Below are positions 27,465-36,866 of a stretch of DNA of 64,000 nucleotides, in pieces. How positions within the stretch are numbered: the stretch's first letter is position 1; every line of letters starts with the position of its first letter. This DNA is from a virus (lineage: Duplodnaviria > Caudoviricetes). The notes under the pieces were generated by a model. The model was not told the DNA's origin. It made no database searches and worked only from the letters and a program-made list of their open reading frames with translations. Location: IMG/VR virus record IMGVR_UViG_3300043765_000163, positions 1,750 to 65,749 of that record, one strand, 5' to 3'. The position numbers and the translations under genes were made by a program.

Positions 27465-29995
27465 ATCAGCTTACTGAGGACCAACTCGCCAATATCGATT
27501 ACCGGGGTGATGTTCCCAAGGGATCGCGGTTAACTGATGTGTTCGCTGCTTGGGCGCTTTGGACTGCGGCTTGGCAAGCTGATCGGGAGAACGCCTACAA
27601 TCGGGCCCGGGTCCAAGAAATGATTGACGGCTTTCCACCCTACGACCAGTCGGAGTTGGATAACTTGGGTCAAAGTCAGCGCACCAATCTTAATTTGCTC
27701 GAAGGTGCCGCTATAATCGAGGCCGCGCTCCAACCCTATAATGATCTCACTTCCTCGGTTGATTATGTCGCTCAAGTTGAAACGGCGAAGGGAGATTCCC
27801 AAACTCGCAGTGAATGGAATCAGATTATTAGCGAGGAGTTCGACCGGACTTTGCGTAATTGGCATCGCTTCGAGTTTAATAACCAGGCTTTGTCCCGCGA
27901 ATTCGTTGTCCACGGGCTGGGAGTTGTTTATTTCGAGGACGACTTCGACTGGCGTTGGAAGGTGTGTGGCCTCTCCGATTTTATTCTCCCGCGCAATACG
28001 CCAGCGAACGAGGAGGATATCGATTACGCTATCGCCCGGCGCCGGTATACGACCACGCAACTCTATCAGTTCATCAAGGATGAAGAGTTCGCCAAGCAAA
28101 ATGGTTGGAATATAGAGGAAACTAAAAAGGCGATATATTGGGCTACTTCGTCGCGCAATTCCGCGCCGACCAGCTGGGAATGGGAAGAGCTGGAACGTGA
28201 GCTTAAGCAGAATGACGTTTATTTCGGCCGGGTTAGGGCTAAGGAGATCTGGGTTCTCCATTTCTGGGTCCGGGAATTCGATGGGACAATCAGTCATTTT
28301 CTTACTCTAGAGAACGGGTTAAATCAGGATTTTTTATACCGTAATATCGGTCGCTTTAAGTCGATCCGTAATTGTGTGCATATTTTTACTTATGGGATCG
28401 GCAACGGTTATTATCATTCAGTACGCGGTCTTGGATACAAAATTTTCCCGCAGATCCAAGTTAGTAACCAGCTTCGTTGCGCCGTCATTGACGCAACATT
28501 TTTTAGTGCCGGCGCTGTCATTCAACCGGAAGATTCAGTGGCCGTTGATGAACTATCGTTCAGTTACATGGGGCCGTTTACGTTGGTGCCACCGAATATC
28601 AAGTTTGTCGATTATAAGCGCGAAAATATCTCCCAGAACATACTGCCCATCGTGCAGGATCTTTCAGCACAGATCCAGAATAACACCGGAACTTATCAGG
28701 CCCGTTTTCCTGAACAGCAAGGAGTACAGGGCCGAGAACGTAAGACCAAGCTTGAGATCCAAGCTCAACTTTCGAAAGAATCGACGCTTTCAACTAGCGC
28801 GATGAATCTGTTTTATATTCCGTGGGATCGGGTACTGGCAGAAGCATTTCGTCGGCTAACTAATCCGGCTTTAAGCCAGCTGGATCCAGGCGGCCCAGAA
28901 GCGTTTGAGTTTCGACAACGTTGTTTAAAACGTAAAGTGCCGGAAGACGCTTTGAAACATATAAAGCGGGTGCGCGCGGTGCGCGCGGTTGGTTATGGCA
29001 GCGCATCAGCCCGGTTATTGGCACTTGATCAAGTTGGACAATTGGCGCCGCAATTTGATGAGATCGGCCGGCGTAATGCGATTCGTGACCGAGTGGCAGC
29101 CTATGTCGGTTATGCCCAAGCTGATCGGTACGTACCCTCGATTATGTCCGGTTTCGCTGGACGTCAGCCAATTGATAAAAAATTTGCTGAACTTGAAAAT
29201 GCGCTTCTGATGCAGGGACAGCCGGTTCCAGTTAATCCGGATGATATTCCTGTAACGCATATCGTAGTTCATTTAATGGCGATTCACGCTGTTATCGCTG
29301 GAATTAAACAAGGTCAAATTCCGGCGATGCGCGGGAGTCCCATGCTACATAGTTTGCTTAATCATATTGTCGCACATGTACAGCAGTTAACTCGTGATCC
29401 AACTCGATTTCAGCAAGTACGATTTATCAATCGAGGATTGAACTTGGTTGAAGGATTTTTAACCCAGTTGGATCATAACATTGCTGAAGCGCAAGCAGCG
29501 ATTGCTCGGCAAGGTGAACAAGCTGCCGCAGCGCAGCAACTTCTGGCCCAACGTGCTCAAATGGGAGAACTGCCTGGTGGACAGACAGCCGGTGGTCCGG
29601 TTACCGGCGCTGGTGGCGGTCGTAATGGCAGTATTGCGCGAACAGCTGGCACCGCGCCGGCTTTACCAGGGCCAGCCGGTGTGGCGGCAGCCGGGCAAAC
29701 AACTGCGGCGCGTTATGCCCAACATCAAGCAGCCGCACAAGGACAACCTCCATTGGATCCAAAATTAATTGCTGATATTCAAGCGCATCAAATCAAGATG
29801 CAGATCATGAAAGATGAGGCTGATCTTAAAAATCAGATTTCAGCTGATCAAGGCCGACAGAAGATCGCTTTTGAAGATGCGCGTATGGCGCGTCGAATCG
29901 CGCGTGAAGCGCAATTAATGGGCATGCAGGCATCTAGAGGTGGTATGAGTGGACCAGAAGAAGCTGAAACCGGTGAAATTAATCCACCTGAATGA
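27461..29995 (+). CDS. Portal protein
   Basis: 844 aa, directly after the terL region and before scaffold and capsid; helical, with a long Ala/Gln-rich C-terminal extension. Confidence 0.75.
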   Translation: MNQLTEDQLANIDYRGDVPKGSRLTDVFAAWALWTAAWQADRENAYNRARVQEMIDGFPPYDQSELDNLGQSQRTNLNLLEGAAIIEAALQPYNDLTSSVDYVAQVETAKGDSQTRSEWNQIISEEFDRTLRNWHRFEFNNQALSREFVVHGLGVVYFEDDFDWRWKVCGLSDFILPRNTPANEEDIDYAIARRRYTTTQLYQFIKDEEFAKQNGWNIEETKKAIYWATSSRNSAPTSWEWEELERELKQNDVYFGRVRAKEIWVLHFWVREFDGTISHFLTLENGLNQDFLYRNIGRFKSIRNCVHIFTYGIGNGYYHSVRGLGYKIFPQIQVSNQLRCAVIDATFFSAGAVIQPEDSVAVDELSFSYMGPFTLVPPNIKFVDYKRENISQNILPIVQDLSAQIQNNTGTYQARFPEQQGVQGRERKTKLEIQAQLSKESTLSTSAMNLFYIPWDRVLAEAFRRLTNPALSQLDPGGPEAFEFRQRCLKRKVPEDALKHIKRVRAVRAVGYGSASARLLALDQVGQLAPQFDEIGRRNAIRDRVAAYVGYAQADRYVPSIMSGFAGRQPIDKKFAELENALLMQGQPVPVNPDDIPVTHIVVHLMAIHAVIAGIKQGQIPAMRGSPMLHSLLNHIVAHVQQLTRDPTRFQQVRFINRGLNLVEGFLTQLDHNIAEAQAAIARQGEQAAAAQQLLAQRAQMGELPGGQTAGGPVTGAGGGRNGSIARTAGTAPALPGPAGVAAAGQTTAARYAQHQAAAQGQPPLDPKLIADIQAHQIKMQIMKDEADLKNQISADQGRQKIAFEDARMARRIAREAQLMGMQASRGGMSGPEEAETGEINPPE

Positions 29996-30291
29996 CGCAC
30001 GAGGAGTGGTATGCGCGACAGCTTGATGCGGAATGGAGGCAACTGGCCTCAACTCCGATTTTTCAGCAGGCTTGTGAAGTGGTTATTGAAGAAGCCAGCG
30101 CAGTTCGAACCGCGTCGAGTTCAGTTGAAGTTAATGCACTGCAAAATTCTTTTAGAGAAGGGATTTTTAGCGCCATACGCACCTTGCGTTACTTGGCTAG
30201 ACCAAAGGCACCTCCTAGAGAACAACTTCGTAAACCGTGGGAACGGGTGGTTGAAGAAGAACAATTGCCTCCTGGACCACAAAAACAATGA
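29992..30291 (+). CDS. Small head-associated protein
   Basis: 99 aa between portal and scaffold, a conserved position in podoviruses. Confidence 0.6.
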   Translation: MTHEEWYARQLDAEWRQLASTPIFQQACEVVIEEASAVRTASSSVEVNALQNSFREGIFSAIRTLRYLARPKAPPREQLRKPWERVVEEEQLPPGPQKQ

Positions 30292-30299
30292 TGTAAATT

Positions 30300-31634
30300 A
30301 TGAGTGAAACTCCTCCAGCGGCACCACCGGCTGATCCCGGTCATGCGCCGCCTCCTCGATTTGAGGATTTCATGTCCGATTCAATTGGGCAAGCGCTTAA
30401 AGAGAATCCTAAGATGCCGGCAGTTGAGCGGGATCCCAATCAAACTGAACCCGAACCTAAACCGCAACAACCTGCGGTTGCAGAATCGAAACCGGAGGAA
30501 TCAAAACCAGAACCTAAAACGCCGGCGGGGCCGGAAATTCCTGATTTCTCTAAACTCGCTTTCGGTCAAGGAATTGCCGAGAAGGTAGCTGAGCTTGAAG
30601 GAAAGAAAGAAGTTACCGCTGCTCCGGTGACGTCAACGGTTGAAGGTAAAGAAAAAGTATCAGAAATACCTTCACCAGAACACTTTCCAGAGAAATTACC
30701 GGGCAAAGTTACTCCGCAAGTTGAGCAAGCATTCGGCAGCATGCGAAAGGCCAATAAGGCGCTTTTTGAACAGAATGCTGATCTGACTACTAAGCTTAAA
30801 GAAGCGCAAGAACGGTTGAAAGAGTTCGATGGTAAAGCGCCGATGGATAAGGGTGAATTCGATCGGCTTACCGGCGAACGAGATAATCTTTCAAAGGAGC
30901 TCCGGCTGGTTAAACTGGAAGCTACTCCGGAATATAAAGCCGCTGTTACAAGGCCATTAGAGCAGATTGGCTCAGAGCTTAAACGCTTATCGACTAAGTA
31001 CAGTTTGAATGAGCATCAAGTGCAGCGAGCGATCACTGAACCGGATCCGGATAAACAAAGCGAATTCTTAGCGCAAGTCACTGAGACATTTAATGATCGA
31101 GATAAAATTACACTTTTTAAGGTTGCCGATGCCGCAGCTGAAATTAGTCGCAAGCGAGATGTATTACAGAAAGATGTTAAACAGGCATTAGATTACATTG
31201 AGGCTAAGCGAACAGCTGATACGGAAGCAAAAACGGCTGCAACTAAATCTGTCTGGACGAATTCGCTTACTAAAGCTTGGGATACAATTGGTGAATCACT
31301 TTACTTGGCGCGGCCGATGCAAGGTAATGACGCTTGGAATCAATCACTCGATCAAGCTAAGCAGCTGGTAGCTAATACGAATTTTCAAACGTTAGAGCCG
31401 ACTGATCAGGCTAAAATAATGGTGCAAGCTGCGATTTTGCCACGTGCGCTTATAGCGATCACCCAGCTTTGGAATATGTATTCGGAGGCGGCAAAAACAT
31501 TGAAACGTTATCAGGAAGTGACTCCAGGAGCCGGTGGTGGTAATTCGGCGGCTGGAGGGCCGGCGCCGGTTCCACCAATTTCTGAAGAAGTATCCTTTCT
31601 TGATGCTGTCGAATCGAGAATCAAAGGGCGTTAA
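30300..31634 (+). CDS. Capsid scaffolding protein (putative)
   Basis: Pro/Glu-rich N-terminus, long coiled coil, upstream of the major capsid gene. Confidence 0.65.
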   Translation: MSETPPAAPPADPGHAPPPRFEDFMSDSIGQALKENPKMPAVERDPNQTEPEPKPQQPAVAESKPEESKPEPKTPAGPEIPDFSKLAFGQGIAEKVAELEGKKEVTAAPVTSTVEGKEKVSEIPSPEHFPEKLPGKVTPQVEQAFGSMRKANKALFEQNADLTTKLKEAQERLKEFDGKAPMDKGEFDRLTGERDNLSKELRLVKLEATPEYKAAVTRPLEQIGSELKRLSTKYSLNEHQVQRAITEPDPDKQSEFLAQVTETFNDRDKITLFKVADAAAEISRKRDVLQKDVKQALDYIEAKRTADTEAKTAATKSVWTNSLTKAWDTIGESLYLARPMQGNDAWNQSLDQAKQLVANTNFQTLEPTDQAKIMVQAAILPRALIAITQLWNMYSEAAKTLKRYQEVTPGAGGGNSAAGGPAPVPPISEEVSFLDAVESRIKGR

Positions 31635-31825
31635 TTGGGTTGACGTTGTTCACGTTGAAAGCTTAAAGGGAAATTCAATTGATCGCCGCTACGATGATGC
31701 TCGATTAATGCACGAGCAGATGCGCGTAAAAAATCAGCGCTGTTTTCAAAACCATAAGCGGTAAGTGCAGCTAAAAATAAATCACGCTCTTTATCGCTTA
31801 GACGAAGAGTAGAAACGGCACGCAT
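31631..31825 (-). CDS. Ribbon-helix-helix (CopG/Arc-like) DNA-binding protein
   Basis: MRAVSTLRLSDKERDLFLAAL...NSADFLRASARALIE: beta strand followed by two helices. Confidence 0.6.
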   Translation of the reverse strand: MRAVSTLRLSDKERDLFLAALTAYGFENSADFLRASARALIEHHRSGDQLNFPLSFQREQRQPN

Positions 31826-31911
31826 TTGTTTCAATTTCGTAGTTGAAATTGCGAGACGCAAGGCAGAGTCTGCTACGAAAACGTTTCTCAAACTCAAACT
31901 CCACATCTTAT

Positions 31912-32418
31912 ATGGCAGCTATCCCAGTCACCATCATCGGCATGATGAGCTACAGCGGCCTTGAGGTCGGCGGCGGGCCGATATACCCGAGTCAACCTCC
32001 TGGTTACCCTGCTCATCCGATTTTTTTGCCCGGTACTCCGGAACATCCTTGGGTACCACCGGGTGTTCCTCCCGGTTATCCGGCTCACCCGATTTTTTTA
32101 CCAGGAACCCCGTCCCATCCTTGGGTGCCACCTCCCGTGTACCCGGCCCACCCTTGGGTACCACCGCCGGTTGCTCCGGCTCATCCGATCTTTATTCCTT
32201 TGCCGCCTGACAGCGATCTTAAGCCGGAGCATCCTATCGTACTGCCTCCGAATCCTGCTTATCCGGCTCATCCGATTGTCATTGTCCCGCCGCCGCCGGA
32301 AGGCGGAGTAAAACCGCCGCCGCCTGAAGGTGGTTGGGGTTTTCATCCCGATTATGGATGGGGATATTTTCCTCCAAGTTCTGACAAACCGCAGCCCGGT
32401 CCTGTACCGCCGCGATAA
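31912..32418 (+). CDS. Pro/His-rich repeat protein (PxHP[IW] repeats)
   Basis: Likely start MAAIPVTIIG at 31912; repeated PAHPIFLP, PEHPWVP and PAHPIV. Confidence 0.75.
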   Translation: MAAIPVTIIGMMSYSGLEVGGGPIYPSQPPGYPAHPIFLPGTPEHPWVPPGVPPGYPAHPIFLPGTPSHPWVPPPVYPAHPWVPPPVAPAHPIFIPLPPDSDLKPEHPIVLPPNPAYPAHPIVIVPPPPEGGVKPPPPEGGWGFHPDYGWGYFPPSSDKPQPGPVPPR

Positions 32419-32436
32419 TTAATCTTAACGATCATG

Positions 32437-32460
32437 ATGGCCTCGATTATTCGAGGCCAT
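32437..32460 (+). terminator. Stem-loop between the Pro-rich gene and the PEP-CTERM-like gene
   Basis: ATGGCCTCGA-TTAT-TCGAGGCCAT, a perfect 10-bp stem. Confidence 0.55.
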
Positions 32461-32478
32461 TGTGTTTAGAATCAAAAA

Positions 32479-33234
32479 ATGAAGCTATCGATATTACTCG
32501 CGTTGTTATTGCTTTCGTTTCAAGCGAGAGCCAGCGTGCTGCTGGACTGGGCGACCGCCCCGCAAGGACCGATTACCACGATTGTTGGGGGACCAAATGG
32601 TACATTCTCGACTGCATCGGATTTCAAGAATGTCGATCTGGTTGCCAGAGGGACAAACTTTGGTTCGCTTGATGGCTTGAGTGATCCACGAGTTGGTAAG
32701 GCACCTTACCCGGTACCGGTGCTCTCAAGCATCGCAGACTTTGTGCCGGCTAAAAGCGGACAAGCGACGGTGACCTTTACGCTCGATTTCTTTGGGTTTA
32801 AGCAAGGCGTCAAGGACGTGTCATTTACCTTGTTCAATGTGGACAACGACAATGGGGTTGGGAGAGGCGGTGTGCCTAAGCATTTGGATGATGTGATCAC
32901 GTTCCGCACCGCCGGATTAGCACTGACTGGACACGCCGACAACGTGGTTAGCGGCAACACGGTGACCGGAATTGCCCAGACCGGTCCATCAACCTGGGGT
33001 GGTCCGCAAGCCGAGGTCAATGTCAAATCGGCCGGCAACCTCCCGTTGCACCAGATCGTGTTCAAGTGGACGGAAACGGTTTTTGGTCCGACTCAAGATT
33101 TTCAGGACGAGTTAGCCATCGGAAATGTAATTTTTACCCCAGTGCCGGAAGTCGGTCAGTTGGTGATCGGATTTATAGCGGCTTTGCTTGGTGGTATATG
33201 GCTTTGGCTTCAGAATCGTAAAAAGATAGCTTAA
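32479..33234 (+). CDS. Secreted PEP-CTERM-like (exosortase-sorted) surface protein
   Basis: N-terminal signal peptide; C-terminal TPVPEVG + hydrophobic helix + NRKK basic tail. Confidence 0.75.
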   Translation: MKLSILLALLLLSFQARASVLLDWATAPQGPITTIVGGPNGTFSTASDFKNVDLVARGTNFGSLDGLSDPRVGKAPYPVPVLSSIADFVPAKSGQATVTFTLDFFGFKQGVKDVSFTLFNVDNDNGVGRGGVPKHLDDVITFRTAGLALTGHADNVVSGNTVTGIAQTGPSTWGGPQAEVNVKSAGNLPLHQIVFKWTETVFGPTQDFQDELAIGNVIFTPVPEVGQLVIGFIAALLGGIWLWLQNRKKIA

Positions 33235-33558
33235 TTCAGAAGCGGGGTAGTTTACCTTCGCCCTAAAACAGTCGGGTGATTTCGTATTCTCCTTGATCGG
33301 CGCGTGCGATACCTGACAGAAGCAAGATTGGCACGCTTGCCCCCGCACCATTGTTCCACGTGGAACAATTGTTACTTCTTGCATTTTTGTAGAAATTCTC
33401 GCATTCTATATGCACGGCGATCCCCCTGCCGGTCCAAACTGGGTGCCTACATCATAACCTGAGTGTACGGCTCGCGTATTCCTCCACGGGCAGAGTTCTT
33501 GATCGGGCTCTCTTAAATCCGATCGCATCTGTCTACTTTTCACTTTGGAGGTCTACCC

Positions 33559-34725
33559 TTGCCATACACAATTCAAGAGCAGTTAATCTTAGAATCTGGG
33601 CGTATCGGACCTGATATCTATCGCCGGACGCTTAACATGTCTCCTTGGCTGAAACTCGTTAAACAAGAAGAGTTTCCCGAGGAAATGGGTCAAATCATCT
33701 CGGTGCTGACTTATGAACGGTCAGTTCCTGCTTACCCGCTTGGCTGGCAAAATGTCGGTGTTTCAAGCGGTACTACTGGTGGAACCTGTTTACCGCCTAC
33801 GACTGAAGTTGACTGGGCGCAAACGCTTCTGCAATACCAGCTGCAACACATGGCGCTTCAAAGTCCGGCGCTTTGCGTAAACGATCTGCGTGTTGCTTTT
33901 AAGCGTAAAGAGCAGCTGACCAACATGATGTATGTGCTGACTGAAAACAGCGCGTATGCATGGATCAATCGATACCGGGATGAGTATGAGCGGATTGCCG
34001 GGCACCAGATCATTTGTGCAGCCGGTTTTCCGGATGGCACTGGTGGAGGATTCCCGTTAACAGTTCCCACGGCGACACTTACGCAAGGTATCTTGCGTAA
34101 GTTTTATATGAAGTTGAACCGTGACGGCGGTTCGTTAAACCCGCTTGATCGTGAAAACGGCCGACCGGTTTACGGGCTTATTACTGATGCGGAAACCAGT
34201 GAGAATATTATTAAACAAAATGTGGATATTCGGCAGGATTTCCGGTTCAGCAGCCGAGTAAACGAGCTGTTATCTCCGTTAGGAGTTGAACGCTCCTATG
34301 GCGGCTTTTTCCATATTGTTGATGATTTACCGGCACGCTGGAATTTTACCGGCGGCGCTTGGGTACGCGTGTATCCATATGTCAGTACCCCGGCAACTCA
34401 AGGTAATAAGGCGCAGATTGATCCAAACTATGAGCAAGCGATGTATACGGATTCGATCATCTTTCACAATGACGTCATGATTAGCTTGGTTCCGGCGCCC
34501 ATCACATCACCTGGTGGAAATACTAGGTTTGATCCGGTCAGTTACCGAGGCGAATTCAAGTGGCTCAATATCCCGCACCAGACCGATAACCCGGATGGTA
34601 CGATCGGCTTTTTCCGTGGCATTTTTATGCAGGGAACAAAACCGGTGATTCCGCAATTTGCTTATGTATTTAGGCATCTGCGATGTGATACACCACAAGA
34701 TATGTCGGCTTGTCCAACAAGTTAA
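33559..34725 (+). CDS. Major capsid protein
   Basis: 388 aa, TTG start after GGAGG, follows scaffold, and is followed by a terminator. Confidence 0.8.
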   Translation: MPYTIQEQLILESGRIGPDIYRRTLNMSPWLKLVKQEEFPEEMGQIISVLTYERSVPAYPLGWQNVGVSSGTTGGTCLPPTTEVDWAQTLLQYQLQHMALQSPALCVNDLRVAFKRKEQLTNMMYVLTENSAYAWINRYRDEYERIAGHQIICAAGFPDGTGGGFPLTVPTATLTQGILRKFYMKLNRDGGSLNPLDRENGRPVYGLITDAETSENIIKQNVDIRQDFRFSSRVNELLSPLGVERSYGGFFHIVDDLPARWNFTGGAWVRVYPYVSTPATQGNKAQIDPNYEQAMYTDSIIFHNDVMISLVPAPITSPGGNTRFDPVSYRGEFKWLNIPHQTDNPDGTIGFFRGIFMQGTKPVIPQFAYVFRHLRCDTPQDMSACPTS

Positions 34726-34746
34726 ACCCCTAGAAATAACTGGATG

Positions 34747-34778
34747 CCGGGAGATCCCAAGAGAGAATGATCTCCCGG
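34747..34778 (+). terminator. Terminator after the major capsid gene
   Basis: CCGGGAGATC / GATCTCCCGG stem followed by TTT. Confidence 0.7.
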
Positions 34779-34794
34779 TTTCCCTTAAAAATTT

Positions 34795-35070
34795 ATGCCA
34801 GTCGAATTCGATTTACCGGAGGGATTTCAAGTTCCGGATAACACCGAGCCGGGTGAATCATTTGATGCTGTCGCAACTCTTTCGGTGGGGGAAGATGGCA
34901 AAGCGCAACTCTTGGCGCTGGATGGTTTGCCAGTTGAAGGCGGTGAAGAGGAGGCTGCTGAACGACGAGCAGGTCCAACACCGGCGCCGGGAGGTGCGCG
35001 CGCAACCGCTGGTGCCGAACAAGGAGGAGGCGAACCCCGGACATTTCTTCAAGCTGTAGGTGCCGTTTAA
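34795..35070 (+). CDS. Small acidic hypothetical protein
   Basis: 91 aa. Confidence 0.6.
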   Translation: MPVEFDLPEGFQVPDNTEPGESFDAVATLSVGEDGKAQLLALDGLPVEGGEEEAAERRAGPTPAPGGARATAGAEQGGGEPRTFLQAVGAV

Positions 35071-35074
35071 ATGG

Positions 35075-35428
35075 ATGCCAACCTCCGAACAGCAATTCAA
35101 ATCCAATGGAGCGATTGCGCTACTGGCGAAACTAGCTCAGTCCGGGCATGCTTGGGTTCAATTTGGGATTCTAGTGCTGGTGGGGCTATCGGGCCTCGGC
35201 AACTGGGTAGCGACTTGGAACAGCGCCAATCGCAACAAAGAAGAAATCGAAGTCAATCGCAGAGTGGCGTGGGAGGGTGAGCAAAGAATTCGAGATGATG
35301 TCCGGCGGCAAGTAGAAGAGATGCACCGATGGATGACGGATGCGACTAAAGAATTTCATCAGGGTAACCAAGACAGCGCAGCTAATAGGAAAATGTTGGA
35401 AGAACTAATCAAGAAAGATAAACAATGA
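35075..35428 (+). CDS. Single-pass membrane protein with coiled coil (holin or spanin-like candidate)
   Basis: Hydrophobic WVQFGILVLVGLSGLGNWV followed by a charged helix. Confidence 0.5.
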   Translation: MPTSEQQFKSNGAIALLAKLAQSGHAWVQFGILVLVGLSGLGNWVATWNSANRNKEEIEVNRRVAWEGEQRIRDDVRRQVEEMHRWMTDATKEFHQGNQDSAANRKMLEELIKKDKQ

Positions 35429-35796
35429 ACGGTGAAATGCCGGGCGGCGGTGGTGATGGCACAATCGATTTAGGTCAAGGTGGCGATGGTGGTGGTGGAA
35501 TGCCGATGCCGATGGGCGGCGGTGACGGTGGACCTTCTTATCCGAGTTTAAGTATGTCCAGTGATAACCCGGATATGGGTAATGCGCCGGAAGAAGGTAA
35601 AGCCGTTATTCATTTCCATAAGCATTCGCATACCCGGGAACGACATTCGCATAAGCCTGGGCAACATCATCATCATGTTCATCTTAAAGTGCATTCGATC
35701 AAGTTCCATGGCGGCCGTAAAAAAGTTAGTGCTAAACAAATTGCCGGCGCTTTGGGCGAACCAGGTGGAGACATGTCTGAAGAAGAGCCCGAATAA
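35425..35796 (+). CDS. Gly/Met-rich, His-rich protein
   Basis: 13 His within IHFHKHSH...HHHHVHLKVHSIKFH. Confidence 0.65.
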   Translation: MNGEMPGGGGDGTIDLGQGGDGGGGMPMPMGGGDGGPSYPSLSMSSDNPDMGNAPEEGKAVIHFHKHSHTRERHSHKPGQHHHHVHLKVHSIKFHGGRKKVSAKQIAGALGEPGGDMSEEEPE

Positions 35797-36866
35797 TGGC
35801 CTTGTTAAGTTTAGGCTGCGAATGTACACCCGATTGTCCCCCGATTAGCGGTACTCCAGGGCCGCCGGGACCAACCGGTCCGGCTGGAGCGGTCGGGCCA
35901 ACCGGTATTGACGGCCAGAATGCTTTTGGAATTACAACAGCTCCGTTTGTTGTTCCGGCGGTTGGTTCAAATGTTAATGTAGAAGTTGATCCGGCTGAGT
36001 GGGCTACCCCTAATCAGGTGGTTTATATCCTTGGGACCGGTTATTATCAGGTTGCATTTGTCAGCACGTTATCGGTGATGGTGCTGACTAATTTGGGATA
36101 CCCCAATAATCTCGCGCCCGGCACTCAAGTTGGCACCGGGCAACAAGTCGCCCCGTCTGGGTTACAAGGACCGCAAGGACCGCCTTGGGTTTTAACTTCG
36201 CCTTTACAGATCAGTTTAGGTGGAACTGCCGGAAATACGGCACAAATCGGTTTCGATAATCTTTCGCCGTTAACCGGCCCCGGGCAGGTAATCGGGCACG
36301 ATAGTGCTCATAATGTAGCGGTGACATCGGGTGGAAACGGACAAGTTTTATTGACCGATTCAACTACTCCGAGCGGGTTGCGATTTGCGCCGCCAACCGA
36401 TATTCAACTTACCTTTGATGAAATTGCGCCAACTACGACTAAAGGCGATTTGATTGCGTATAACGGCACGACTAATGTTCGGGTGCCGGTTCCGAGCAAG
36501 ACCGGATTAGTTCTAACCGTTGATCCCCTAGCCGCCCCTGGAGTCAGCTGGCAGATAGCTCCCACATTTTCTTTTAATCGCAAAACATATGCCGCTCCGG
36601 TGGTATTACTGACTGGCGTTGAATCAATGGTCAGTATCGAACCGCAGACGCCTACTGCCGCAACTCATGTTGTGCTGGCTCCAGCTACTAATTGGCAGAC
36701 TAGCATGGTGGTTATTAAAGATGAAACCGGCACAGCCGATCAATTCCCGATCACAATTACAACCAGTGACGGCACGTTGATTCAGGGGCAATCAAGTTAC
36801 CTGATCGATATTCCTTACGGCAAAGTTTTCATTTATTCAGCCGGCAATGGCTTTTTCTGTTTATGA
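35796..36866 (+). CDS. Short collagen-containing virion fibre or decoration protein
   Basis: GPx segment plus one complete copy of the ~85-aa repeated fibre module. Confidence 0.7.
   Translation: MALLSLGCECTPDCPPISGTPGPPGPTGPAGAVGPTGIDGQNAFGITTAPFVVPAVGSNVNVEVDPAEWATPNQVVYILGTGYYQVAFVSTLSVMVLTNLGYPNNLAPGTQVGTGQQVAPSGLQGPQGPPWVLTSPLQISLGGTAGNTAQIGFDNLSPLTGPGQVIGHDSAHNVAVTSGGNGQVLLTDSTTPSGLRFAPPTDIQLTFDEIAPTTTKGDLIAYNGTTNVRVPVPSKTGLVLTVDPLAAPGVSWQIAPTFSFNRKTYAAPVVLLTGVESMVSIEPQTPTAATHVVLAPATNWQTSMVVIKDETGTADQFPITITTSDGTLIQGQSSYLIDIPYGKVFIYSAGNGFFCL

Noticed and set aside
27530-28297. 255-aa antisense ORF inside the portal gene
   Set aside because: Fully antisense to a conserved essential gene, with no recognisable motifs; probably a codon-bias shadow.
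33112-33384. Minus-strand 90-aa ORF with CQSCFC
   Set aside because: It overlaps the end of the PEP-CTERM-like gene in antisense and has no support beyond a few Cys; left unannotated.
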